Source of the DNA: Selaginella moellendorffii
Lineage: Eukaryota; Plantae; Lycopodiophyta
DNA length: 64,000 bases
Direction of reading: 5' to 3'
NCBI RefSeq assembly: GCF_000143415.4
Contig: NW_003314312.1
Span: forward strand, 129,261-193,260
In this document: piece by piece, positions 26,401 to 36,393 of the stretch
Position numbering within the stretch: position 1 is the stretch's first letter
Layout: every line of letters begins with the position of its first letter
Notes under the pieces: generated by a model
Databases searched by the model: none
Seen by the model: the letters and a program-made list of their open reading frames with translations, nothing else
Told to the model about the DNA's origin: nothing
Translations under genes and position numbers: made by a program

Positions 26401-28784
26401 AGTTTATCGTTCGATGAGGACATCAAACTTCGTTTATGGGTGGTGGAGTGGTAAGACATAAATCCCTAAGCCCTAAAGTGGAGCCAAAAGGGTGCCACGT
26501 GGTAGTGGCTAAGGTGGAAGCCAAATGAATGTAACATATTTGGACTAAAACGCTCCAACTCGAAAAGGTTGAGAGCGGGAGTGGAACCCTCAACAAGGTG
26601 CTCAAGGACCAAGTTTGAAGTGAGAAATAAGTGAGTTTAGAAAAGGGGACACAAGAGGACTAACATATGATATATAGAAAAGTCCGAGATGGACCCAAGA
26701 TGAAATCCGAGATAGACCCGAGATGGAGTCTGAGATGGAACCGAGACCAAGACAGAGTCCAAGTCCGAAACTAAGACTGAGACCGAGTCTAAGTCCGAGT
26801 CCAAGTCTAAGTCTGAATACTAATACAAGCTGTTGGGTGAAAGCTTAAAGCAATTATCCCCCAGGGGGGGCTACAGAGGTGCAGAGGGTTCCAAAAGTAT
26901 AGTAGGGAGAGTGTGGGGGTTGGACCCTAGTAGAGCTAGTTTGGCCAGGAAAGGCTAGTTTGGCCCAAGAAGGTTGTACCCAGGTGTTGGGTGATGAGAT
27001 AACCATTAGGAAGTTCAAAGTTAGAATAAATATGGACCGACAAGCAGGGTAGTTTGGTAAAGTGTTCAAGAGCCAGCTTTAATTCCCCCGGGAGATCGAA
27101 TAGTCAATGCTCCCAGTCCAAGCATAAGTGGCACTACCTATTTAGATACCTGGCGTGGCTCAACGAAACTTCACTCTAAGCCCATATCTAGAGCACCCAA
27201 AGGCAAAAGGCAAGGAGAGTACCCATAAAGCTTGCATAGAGTCACAATGTTTTAAAATGTTGTCCCAGAGTCCCAAATAGTGGAAAAGAAAAGGAACAAT
27301 CCTTTGGTGTAGTGAGCAAGGATGCGGTCACATGATAAGGAAGTCCTAGAGAACAAAGGGACTTGGTCAAGCCTGTGGGCCTTGATTCAATAGTAGTGTT
27401 GGCAAACACGGCCATGGATAAAAAGGGACTTAGTGGGGACTAAAAGAAGGATATTAGGGAAAGCTATTCCCCATGTCTACAGACATTCTAAGGATGTTAA
27501 GAAGTGGATCTGGGATGACCACTCATGAACAAATGACCTAATCTTTGAGAGATAAGACTGTGATGTAGTTGATGTTGGATCACCAGTGTGACAAAGGTGA
27601 ATAGACATGGCCTTAGCGTAACAGGCTGATATATCAGTAGTACTTTTGGGTGTCGGTCATAGGACCAGACATGTAGAGCACTTGGAATAAGTGCAAAGGT
27701 TAAGTGGCATGGATGCCATTCTTGGGGCTAGCAAACCCTAAGTCTTGAATTGGACTTCTGAAGGTTGTGAATGAAACTCCTCTAAGTGGTTAAAGGTGTG
27801 GTTAAGTGACTAAAGTAGAATGGAAAAATTAGTCGCTTACACATATTTAACTCTGCATGAAGCAAGAAGTTATGGAAACAAATGCCATATTGCATCATTG
27901 ATTCAAATGGCTCTTTGACGAAAACGATGCAATTGTTAGAAAGTATCATCACAATCATCGACATGTCTAAATGTTCGTTTGAAAACATCTGAGAGAATGC
28001 TCCAATCCGCACGAGTGGTTGCACTCAAGCCATTGTATCATTGAAGTGTTGTCCCTTGGAAACATGTGGGAAATTCATGTAAACGCTAAGCATTATCCTA
28101 AGAATGATATGTGGCAATCACCATAAAGTGATTAAACCAATAGTATATATCATCCCCAGGATTCCTATGGAATAACTCCAATTGAACACAAAAATTAGCA
28201 GCAAGAATAGGAGGAATTATACTATGCACCATAAGTGCCACCATCAATTGAATTTGGTTGTTCAATTGCAATTACATAGTATCAAGCAATTGCACTAACT
28301 ATTATTCTAAAATTAAAGGAGGAGGAGACTATTGCTCTACCATGAAAATGAATGAAAAAGGAAAGAACAAAAGAAAAAAAATTGAAAAAAGTAAAAGGAA
28401 AAGAAGATTTAGATAATGTAAAAACTAAATCCAAACCAAAATCCCAAATTTAAACACTCTACAAGGACGATCAAAAGTGCTCCTCACTGTGAGTGTATAA
28501 AATATAGAAGTGGAATATAAAAATATATATATCAATTAACCCAAAAACCCTAATTTATATATAAGAGCGAATGGTTCAATCTGATAGTTACTAAAATCCC
28601 ACTATGCTAATATTAATATACGGCACTTTAACCTCACACATTTAAATTTCCATTATCTTTTATTTTTGGGTTTGTAAAATTTTTTGGCAAAAGATTCTAA
28701 ATCAAGATTCCATTAGGGCTTATAAAACTTGCAGAATATATGAAGTTTTGTCCCGCGCGAGCGAGGGAGGGCATTCTTGGAGTC

Positions 28785-29326
28785 ATGGCGGGGGCGGCGC
28801 CTCTGGATTTTCGATTCCTCGACGAGGGGCTAGGCGGCGCCAAGAACAAGAAGCACAAGCGCGATGCCGATCAGGCGGCGATGGATGTGGAGGAGCAGTG
28901 GCAGGAGGAGACGGCAGGCTTTGGACCAGAGCCTCGTCCTGCTTGGATGAGGGAGATTCCAGGCCCGTCTACGGTAAGCCCAGCTACGACAGCGTGATCG
29001 CGGGGAAGGTGTCAGGGCGCAAGTGGAAGGAGGTGAAGACGTGCCGCGCGTCGGCGCTGTGGGTGAGCGTCGAGGGCAGCAGCCTGGAGGAGCGCGCCAA
29101 GGCCAAGCGCATCGCGGCAGAGTTCCGGGAGCGCAAGCAGCAGCTCAAGGAGCAAATCCGGGCCAACAAGGTGGACAAGCGAAAGAGGCTGGAGGAGTAC
29201 AAGAAGAGGAAGGAGGAAAACGTGAAGAAGTCGGGGTTGAAGCTCCAGAAGGTGACCAACCTCAAGAAACTCCAGAAAATGTCCAAGAGGGAAAAGAAGA
29301 AATTGGTGGCACAGCACGGCAATTAA
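28785..29326 (+). pseudogene. CCDC86/Cgr1-like nucleolar coiled-coil protein, apparently frameshifted
   Basis: The N-terminal motif MAGAAPLDFRFLDEGLGG (ATG 28785) and the conserved VYGKPSYDSVIAGKVSGRKWK plus Lys/Glu-rich coiled coil (ORF 28748-29326) are in different frames. No plausible intron lies between them. Confidence 0.6.
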
Positions 29327-30081
29327 AGGTGGCAGTGTGTCGCACAGATCTGCGAGAGAAAGTAAGTGCTAGACTCGATTGTTAGATCGATCGATAGTTT
29401 TATTTTTTCTCTCCTGTTTTTTGTCACTTTAATTCCTTGTTGTTGCCTGAGAAGGACCAGAGATTATCGCCGGGCTCTTCTCTCAGACCGATCAGCGAAA
29501 AAGAAAGCAAAGAAAGAAAAAACAATTCTAGAGCCTCGGATGTTGCAGTAGATGGAAGGCCCAGCTACTCATGCAAGTGAGCTACAGTGGTGTTGATTTC
29601 CTCAACGTTTAGAACAGCTCTTCTCCACTCGTTACTTGACTTTCGGCCGGCTCGATTTGGCTCGGCTCGGCTGCTTTAAAGGTTCCTACTGGTTTCCTGA
29701 TTGGACGGACAAAATCCAAACTTCCATTGGTGTTGGAACCCAAGAGAAAGTCGAGAGGCGATAACCTTTTCATCCGCTTAGAAGAAAGCAGGAGAGCAAC
29801 TAGGCAACGAGAGACAAACTCGCCAACATTTCATTAGATGTACACAATAAATACAACAGCCGCCACAGCAGTAACAGCAGCAGCAAGAAGAAGAAAAAAA
29901 CCAAGAGACAGAAGAGCGGATGATGTCAGAAAAAAATGGATGAACCGGGAAGAGATCTCGAAATCTTTGAACGTCCCGTGCCGCGTTCTGAGAAAAGGAA
30001 GGAGAAGCTGAAGAGAAACACAAGAAGTGTGCTCGCTCGCTGACCCGCTCGTTTGATCGAGAGCTAGCGAGTTAGCGCAGC

Positions 30082-32253
30082 TCAAAAACTGGGCGTTCCG
30101 GACCAGCCATCGAGACACTTCAACAAGGGAGCAACAAGCTTCCCCTGGCAGATGGCATCGTAGACTTTGGTGAAGTCCTCGCCGGGCGTTCCACTCTTGG
30201 TCCCCATGAGCAGCGCAGTTCCAGCACCTTTCCTCACAAACTCATACAGCGGCGCCGAGGCACAGTCGAAGATCCGGTTTGGCAGCACCGCGTTACCGCT
30301 CTCGTACGCCTCCCTGGCCGCCGGGACCTCGACACTCAACGCCGCCTTGAGCTCCTCCTCGAACAGCCCGATCTTGTGCAACACCGAGGAGCTCTCGTCC
30401 CCGATGTTCTTCAAGGCGTGCTCGACGAGAACCTGGCGGAGCTTCTGCATGAGCGGGTATCCAGCGCTGGCCGGATCATCGATGTAGGTGAAGACGTGCT
30501 GGTTGTCCACCACGGACAGGAGCTCCTTCTCGCAGAAGCGCGACGGCAGCAGCGCTCCGGCAGCTCCGGTGGTGACCGTGTTCTTAGCGGCGTGAGAGAC
30601 GGTCTGCTTCACGGTGGCTTGCAAGTTCTCCTCGAGGTGGCGGAGGTCGATGGCCTGGCACAATGCCACCAGATACGTCGACGACATGAGCTTGAGGATG
30701 TCGAGAGCTTCCACCGTCTTGCGAGCGGAGACGAGGCCGAGAGAGTTCACGTCCTGGTTGTGCTGCTCGGCGCTCTGGACGTGGGTGGTGACCGGGTTGG
30801 CCAGGTACTGGAGCTCCGAGGTGTACGAGGCCATGGCGATCTCGGCACCTTTGAAACCATAGTCCAAGCTCGGGTTGGATCCGCCGCTCAAGTTGGAAGG
30901 CAGGCCGTTGTTGTAGAAGTCATTGACGAGCTCCGAGAACTGCGCGAACATGAGCTTCCCGATGGCCGCCACCGCCAAGCGCAAGTTATCCATGGACACA
31001 CCGATGGGCGTCCCCTGGAAGTTCCCGCCGTGGAGGGCCTTGTCGCGAGCAACATCGATGATCGGGTTGTCATTCACGGAGTTGATCTCGCGCTGGATGG
31101 AGTGAGTGGCGTGGCGGATGACTTCGATCTGGGGGCCGAGCCACTGCGGGGAGGTGCGCAGCGCGTAGCGGTCCTGCTTGGGCTTCTTGAGGGAGTCGGT
31201 CTCGTGGAGCTTGGCGGCGGCTTTCATGTAGGAGCTCCCGGCGAGGACATGTTCCATGATGGCGGCGGCCTCGATCTGGCCGGGGTGGTGCTTGAGCTTG
31301 TGCGTCAGCGGATCCGTGAACTCGGGCTTGCCTTGCATCGCCTCGCAGAACATCGCGGACAGGATCTCGGCCAGGAGCGCCAGGACGTTGGCGTCGAAGC
31401 AGGCGATGGAGGCCACCGCCGCGCCGACTGCCGTGCCGTTAACGATGGCGAAGCCTTCCTTGGGCTGGAGCTCGAACGGCTGCTCCACGCCGACGAGCTT
31501 GAGCGCCTCGGCGCTGGTGACGACCTTCCCACCCGGCAAGACGGCGCGCACGTTGGATCGGCCGCTGAGCAGCCCGGCAATGTAGCTGAGAGGGACGAGA
31601 TCGCCGGAGGCAGTGATCGTCCCGCGGAGTGGGATCCGCGCCACGATGCCCGAGTTGACGAGCTTCTCCATGGCGGACAGGATCTCCCACCGGATGCCCG
31701 AGTAGCCCTGGAGGAGCGTGTTGGTGCGCACCAGCATCGCGGCGCGCGCGAAGGCCAGCGGGAGAACGTTGGTCGAATCGTCGTCGCTGAAGATCCCGGC
31801 GTTGAGGACGCGGATGAGCTCGCGCTGGAGCCCCACGCCCTGGTTGATCCGGCGGTGGGAGGTGGCGCCGAATCCAGTCGTGACACCGTAGATGTCGGTC
31901 CCCTTCATCGCATTGTCGAGTACCCAGTTGGAGCTCTCGTCCACCCTCTTCTTGGCGGCGGCGGAATCCAAGCGTACCTGGGCGCCGCGCTTGGCCACCG
32001 CCGCCACCTGGGCGATGGTGAGCGTGGTGCCCTCGATCGAGAAGCTGGGCTTGGCGGCGCCGTAGACGGTGTGGACCATCTCGCGGACCTCCTCGAGGTG
32101 GCTACCCGACATCGCCGCCGCGGCCTTCTTCCAGCTGAGGGGATCGGAGGTGTCGTAGCGCGGAGTGGAATTGGGGAGGCAGAGCGTGGGATCTGGCGAC
32201 ACCCGGACGAGCGGCGAGTAGGAGGAGGTTGTGTCGCTGCCGTTGGCCACCAT
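30082..32253 (-). CDS. PAL: Phenylalanine ammonia-lyase (intronless)
   Basis: Uninterrupted ORF with probable start MVANGSDT at 32253. Contains the MIO motif [17 protein letters not shown] plus [25 protein letters not shown] and [10 protein letters not shown]. Confidence 0.96.
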   Translation of the reverse strand: MVANGSDTTSSYSPLVRVSPDPTLCLPNSTPRYDTSDPLSWKKAAAAMSGSHLEEVREMVHTVYGAAKPSFSIEGTTLTIAQVAAVAKRGAQVRLDSAAAKKRVDESSNWVLDNAMKGTDIYGVTTGFGATSHRRINQGVGLQRELIRVLNAGIFSDDDSTNVLPLAFARAAMLVRTNTLLQGYSGIRWEILSAMEKLVNSGIVARIPLRGTITASGDLVPLSYIAGLLSGRSNVRAVLPGGKVVTSAEALKLVGVEQPFELQPKEGFAIVNGTAVGAAVASIACFDANVLALLAEILSAMFCEAMQGKPEFTDPLTHKLKHHPGQIEAAAIMEHVLAGSSYMKAAAKLHETDSLKKPKQDRYALRTSPQWLGPQIEVIRHATHSIQREINSVNDNPIIDVARDKALHGGNFQGTPIGVSMDNLRLAVAAIGKLMFAQFSELVNDFYNNGLPSNLSGGSNPSLDYGFKGAEIAMASYTSELQYLANPVTTHVQSAEQHNQDVNSLGLVSARKTVEALDILKLMSSTYLVALCQAIDLRHLEENLQATVKQTVSHAAKNTVTTGAAGALLPSRFCEKELLSVVDNQHVFTYIDDPASAGYPLMQKLRQVLVEHALKNIGDESSSVLHKIGLFEEELKAALSVEVPAAREAYESGNAVLPNRIFDCASAPLYEFVRKGAGTALLMGTKSGTPGEDFTKVYDAICQGKLVAPLLKCLDGWSGTPSF

Positions 32254-32548
32254 TTTCGCTTCTTCCCCTGGATCGATCGATCGATTGAGGGAGGATTTGT
32301 CTAGCTCCTGCAGCAGGGGAGGAATGAGAAGCCCAAATTGAGAGCGCCGGTAAATCGAGCTCCTGCCAATGCACAAGACGAGGATGCGTGGAATCGATTG
32401 CCCGGCCTTGCCCTGTTCTCCGATCGAATCGTCCTCTCTCTCGGATCAAATCGAATGTTTGCGCTCTTCTTTCTGTGTTCTTCTTCTTTTGTGCGTTGGA
32501 AAAAGAGAGAAGAGAGAACACTGATCCGTGCCAGCGTTTGAACTACGC

Positions 32549-32780
32549 TTTATACCCGCGGATGAGGGCTGCGCGGTCATGGCCATGGCCATGACTGGCA
32601 TGATGTGGCAGCCGGATGCCCCGAGAATATTCTGGGCCGGACCAACCTACGGCTGCGCCGCTGTAGGGAAATAAAACACATGGGCGGCAACCGCGGCGTC
32701 CAGGTGGACGGCCGGATTGTCAAGCCCACATGGCGGACGGGTGGATAGACTGGTGGGCATGCTGGTCATGGTGACGTGGA
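32549..32780 (-). promoter_or_regulatory. Putative PAL promoter: TATAAA (32549-32554), AC-II element ACCAACC (32641-32647), TGACGTGG (~32772-32779)
   Basis: Motifs sit ~300-530 bp upstream of the ATG. AC elements are the established R2R3-MYB sites of phenylpropanoid genes. Function is not shown. Confidence 0.5.
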
Positions 32781-33337
32781 GCCCTAAAAGGTTGATGCAT
32801 GTATGCTAATATCTATCTTTTTGTTTGGGGGTTCTCTTCTTTCTTGTGTATGTGTGGGGTTGTTATATGCTGTTTGGAGAGACCAGCCATCTCCCCTTTA
32901 TGTTTTGATCAATCTGAAATGCCTTTGTTATTTGGTTTGGTGGACCTATCTACAGTGTTTATGCAATTTGCCTATTATAGTTCTTCAGCATGCATTGTGT
33001 AGTTTTCTCTCTTCCTTGATTTCCTAGTGGTTTCAATGCCCTATTTGTTGCTCTAACACACCACATGCTTAATAACTAAAGGACTTGCCAAATAATTTAT
33101 AATAGTTCAAATATAAAGGGAAAAGGGGTATTTGGATTTTCGATGGTGATCTATTATGCTAAGTTTAAGTTAGTACTTTGTTTCTTTGAGAATTTGCTTA
33201 TAAAGTGTTAGAAAAGGTTATAACATTCACTTGTTATAACTTGTTGGTTTATTCGTTAACACTTTGAGTAAATTGTTGGATGAAGAAGGTGTATAATTGA
33301 GGCATTGACATCACTAGCATTTATGTTAGTGAAAGTG

Positions 33338-33477
33338 GCATTGTAATTTCGAGTGATGAGGAATTTTCTTTACATCTTGATTTTTCATGTCATTTTTTTT
33401 GTTAATGCATTGTAATTTCGAGTGATGAGGAATTTTCTTTACATCTTGATTTTTTATATCATTTTTTTTGTTAATGT
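33338..33477. repeat. Tandem duplication of a ~69-bp unit
   Basis: GCATTGTAATTTCGAGTGATGAGGAATTTTC... starts at 33338 and again at 33407. Confidence 0.88.
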
Positions 33478-34879
33478 TTTGCTTTCACATTGGATCTTAA
33501 AGGTGATTGAAGAAAAGTATTAATGCAATGTAGATATTTGAAGCTATGGTTTTCATGATCAAATCTTGGGTATTCACTTTGCATTTTGCGGATGTTGATG
33601 TCGGATTTGGAAATATGGGCATAATGTTAGCATGCTATTAGGTTATAAAAATTTGTGTTGAGGTGAACCTATATGAAGTTGTATGTAAAAGAAAGTTGGT
33701 TGAGTCTTGAAAGTTTATATTTTTAGACTAAAAATCATTCTTTCTTTAGGATGGAAATTTTCCACAAATTTTCTTAAACTTTTCCAATGGCTGATCTATT
33801 GATCATTTTGTTCAAAAACCATTTTGTTTTCAAAAGCCAATACAAACTAGTGAAGTGATCTTGGTTAGCTTAGACCTTAGTAAATAGTTTGTAAGATGCG
33901 ACCTAAAAGGGATGTTAACTTTTAGGCTAAAATAATTGAGTTTAGATAGAGTCTGAAGTTGGTATAGAAAAGTGGCCATTACACTTTTCTATAAAGGTGA
34001 TCTTTGTGTCTTTGTTTTGTAACATTATGTTTGATGGCAAGTTGCATCTTGCATTTTATTAAACTCTATGAGAGTAGTGAACTTTTATTAATTTTGACTT
34101 GGTCTTAGTGGCCCTACATCTTGGTTGAGGATAGTGATGTCTAACTTAGTTGTTTGCAGTTAAAATGTTAATATCCATATTATAGCCTTGTCTATGAGGA
34201 AGTTGTATACTAATATGAGACCATTTCATCATCTTTACTTTAGTTTTAACTAGTTAACCTCTTCAAGATATACTCAAAATTATTAGTTATACGTGTTTAT
34301 GAGTTTATTACAATTTGATTAGATTTGAGTGGTCATTTAATCGTGCTTATTCATGAACCTTTATCTTATACCTAGGGTATTACATTTATATTGGACAAAT
34401 ATATAACTTGATGATATGAGTTTAGTGTTTAGATTTTATGAAAGACAAGTTAAAAAGTGATTGTTAGTTATCTTGCAATTAGTGATTGCTTATAAATTTT
34501 ATTAAGGACTTGCTTTACTTAATGAAAATTTGTTAGTGATAGGTTTACTTTACTGGATAGGATTGTGTTATTAAACTTGTATGGTTTTTCCATATTAGTA
34601 TATCAATTCCACCTTTATCAATTTTATATAGTTGTGTTTAATCTGTGGTGTTGGATTTCATTGAGTCTTAAATGTGATGAATCACTCATTGATGATATGT
34701 TATTTATAACTATATATTGTTGAAGGATTAGTTTCAGATATTGAGTAAAATATTTTTGACTTTGGTTAGTTTGGTTACTAAAGAGTTTTGAGTGGTGATT
34801 CACTTTTACTTTCTTCTAGCTTTGTTTTGGTGTTGATAGCATTGAAGTGATGCTTTGTCATTTACAAAAAGCTTTGACC

Positions 34880-36056
34880 TAAAAAGTCAAGAATGGGAGT
34901 GGAACTATAAATTAAGTGCTCAAGGGATGAGCATGAAGCAATTAGTGAATGAGTCTCCAAAAAGGGACACAAAAAAGACTAATACATGGCAAGTGTTGTG
35001 ACATATGGAACTATCAAGAACAAGATAGAATCTGAGATGGAGTCTGAGATGGACCCAAGATGGAGTCTGAGATGGACCCAAGATGGAGTTCGAGATGGAC
35101 CCAAGATGGAGTCCAAAACTAAGATTGAGACTGAAACCAAGTCTAAGTTTGAGCCCAAGTTCAAATCCAAGTCCAAGTCTAAGTCTAAGGGTGAAAGCCC
35201 AAAACAATTATCTCCTATAAACTTTAGGAATTCCAAAAGTATAGTAGGCGTTAGTTTGGCCAGGAAAAGCCAGTGTGACTAACTATATCCATGTATTGGA
35301 TGATGGTATAGCTATTAAAGAGTCCAAGGCTAAATATAAGCTCCTAAGTTAGGATTTCCCGGGAGGTCACCCAGCCCAGTACTATTCAAACTTAATAACA
35401 ATTACCCCAAGTATCTCAAGACCCTTAACCGATTGAAAAAAGGGGTGCACTATTATTCATGGACCCTTTCCCTCTATATTTGAATCTTATGAATCATATC
35501 TCAAGTCATTCCCTTTGATTGCTTACACTAAAGTTGAAAAGTCCTTTTATGTAGTGATTAAGGATATGATCACATGGTGAAGAAGTTTTAGATATCGGTG
35601 GAAGCCTTTCAGGCTAATGACAATGTTGGCAAGTATGGCTGTGGATGGGGACTTGGTGGGAATTAAAAAAAGAACATTAGGAAAGGGTGTTCCTTATATT
35701 TTCCAGCATCTTAAAGATGCTAAAATGTGGTTATAAAATGACCACTCATAGATAGATTTTGAGAAATGGGTTTGTAATGCAAGTGGTCTTAAACCACTAA
35801 GGTGACAAAAATGAATGGGCATAGATTTAACATAATAGACTGATATATTGGTAATACCTTTGGGTGTTGGTTATAAGATGGAACAAGTAGAACATTTAAA
35901 CCAAGTGTAAAGGCTAAGTGGCATAAATGTCATTTATGAGGTTAGCAATTCCCTAAGTTCGGAGTAGGACTCATGGAGGTTGTGAATGAGACTCCTCTAA
36001 GTGGTTAAAGGTGTGGTTAAGTGATTTAAGTAGAATGAAAAATTTAATTACTTACA
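34880..36056 (+). mobile_element. Old, 5'-truncated family-C LTR
   Basis: GAGATGGACCC repeats, AAGGGTGAAAGCCC, and the terminal ...AAATTTAATTACTTACA at 36056 match the C1 LTRs. Heavily transition-eroded. Confidence 0.8.
35335..35527 (-). mobile_element. 193-bp 5S-related mini LTR (Cassandra/TRIM-like solo element)
   Basis: Termini TATAAG...CTTACA and TSD CTAAA (35330-35334 / 35528-35532). Contains TTCCCGGGAGGTCACCCAGCCCAGTACTATTC (reverse complement of 5S box C/IE). Inserted in a family-C LTR. Confidence 0.87.
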
Positions 36057-36393
36057 TTTTAATGTTGTTTTAGTCTTTATAAAACATTAAGAAATATATA
36101 TACACATTCATCTTTCAAGTGGCATTTATTTTACACAACTCACTAGAAAGTGAAATCTTATGTTGTGTTGATGATAGCCCACACCATCTTTTATAAATCC
36201 ACCCCAAAGCAAAAATCTAGATAGTGACAATCAAGTGTGGGACATGTGGAATCTAACAACCTCTGCAAATGATTTGCTAGGCATAAGATTGTGACTTTGT
36301 GGTAAAAAGCATAGTAAATCTTCCACCAGCTTTTGAAAGGACATAATACTGGCATTGGGAATCTTGTCCCGTCAAATGTAGGTCTTTGATTCC

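Larger units (their letters stand above)
14782..27841 (+). mobile_element. Full-length non-autonomous LTR element (LARD-like, family C, copy C1)
   Basis: 5' LTR 14782-16327 and 3' LTR 26450-27841. Perfect TSD CATAT (14777-14781 / 27842-27846). Degenerate Met-type PBS TGGTATTAGAAC at 16331-16342 and PPT GGGTGGTGGAG at 26438-26448. No gag/pol ORF. Inserted in gypsy-A gag. Confidence 0.9.
6510..28638 (-). mobile_element. Degenerate short-LTR Ty3/gypsy retrotransposon (family A) hosting a nest of later insertions
   Basis: The reverse complement matches the element at 51050-55991 piece by piece: 3' LTR ~6510-6674 with adjacent PPT, integrase/RNase H/RT ~6700-9366, protease 12913-13508 (MTPPSFFREYH..), gag 14422-14781 and 27842-~28345, and 5' LTR 28488-28638. 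It has many stops and the PBS is deleted. Confidence 0.85.

Noticed and set aside
30376-32304. 642-aa ORF antisense to PAL
   Set aside because: It is the codon-register mirror of a high-GC3 gene, with no domain motifs and a non-ATG start.
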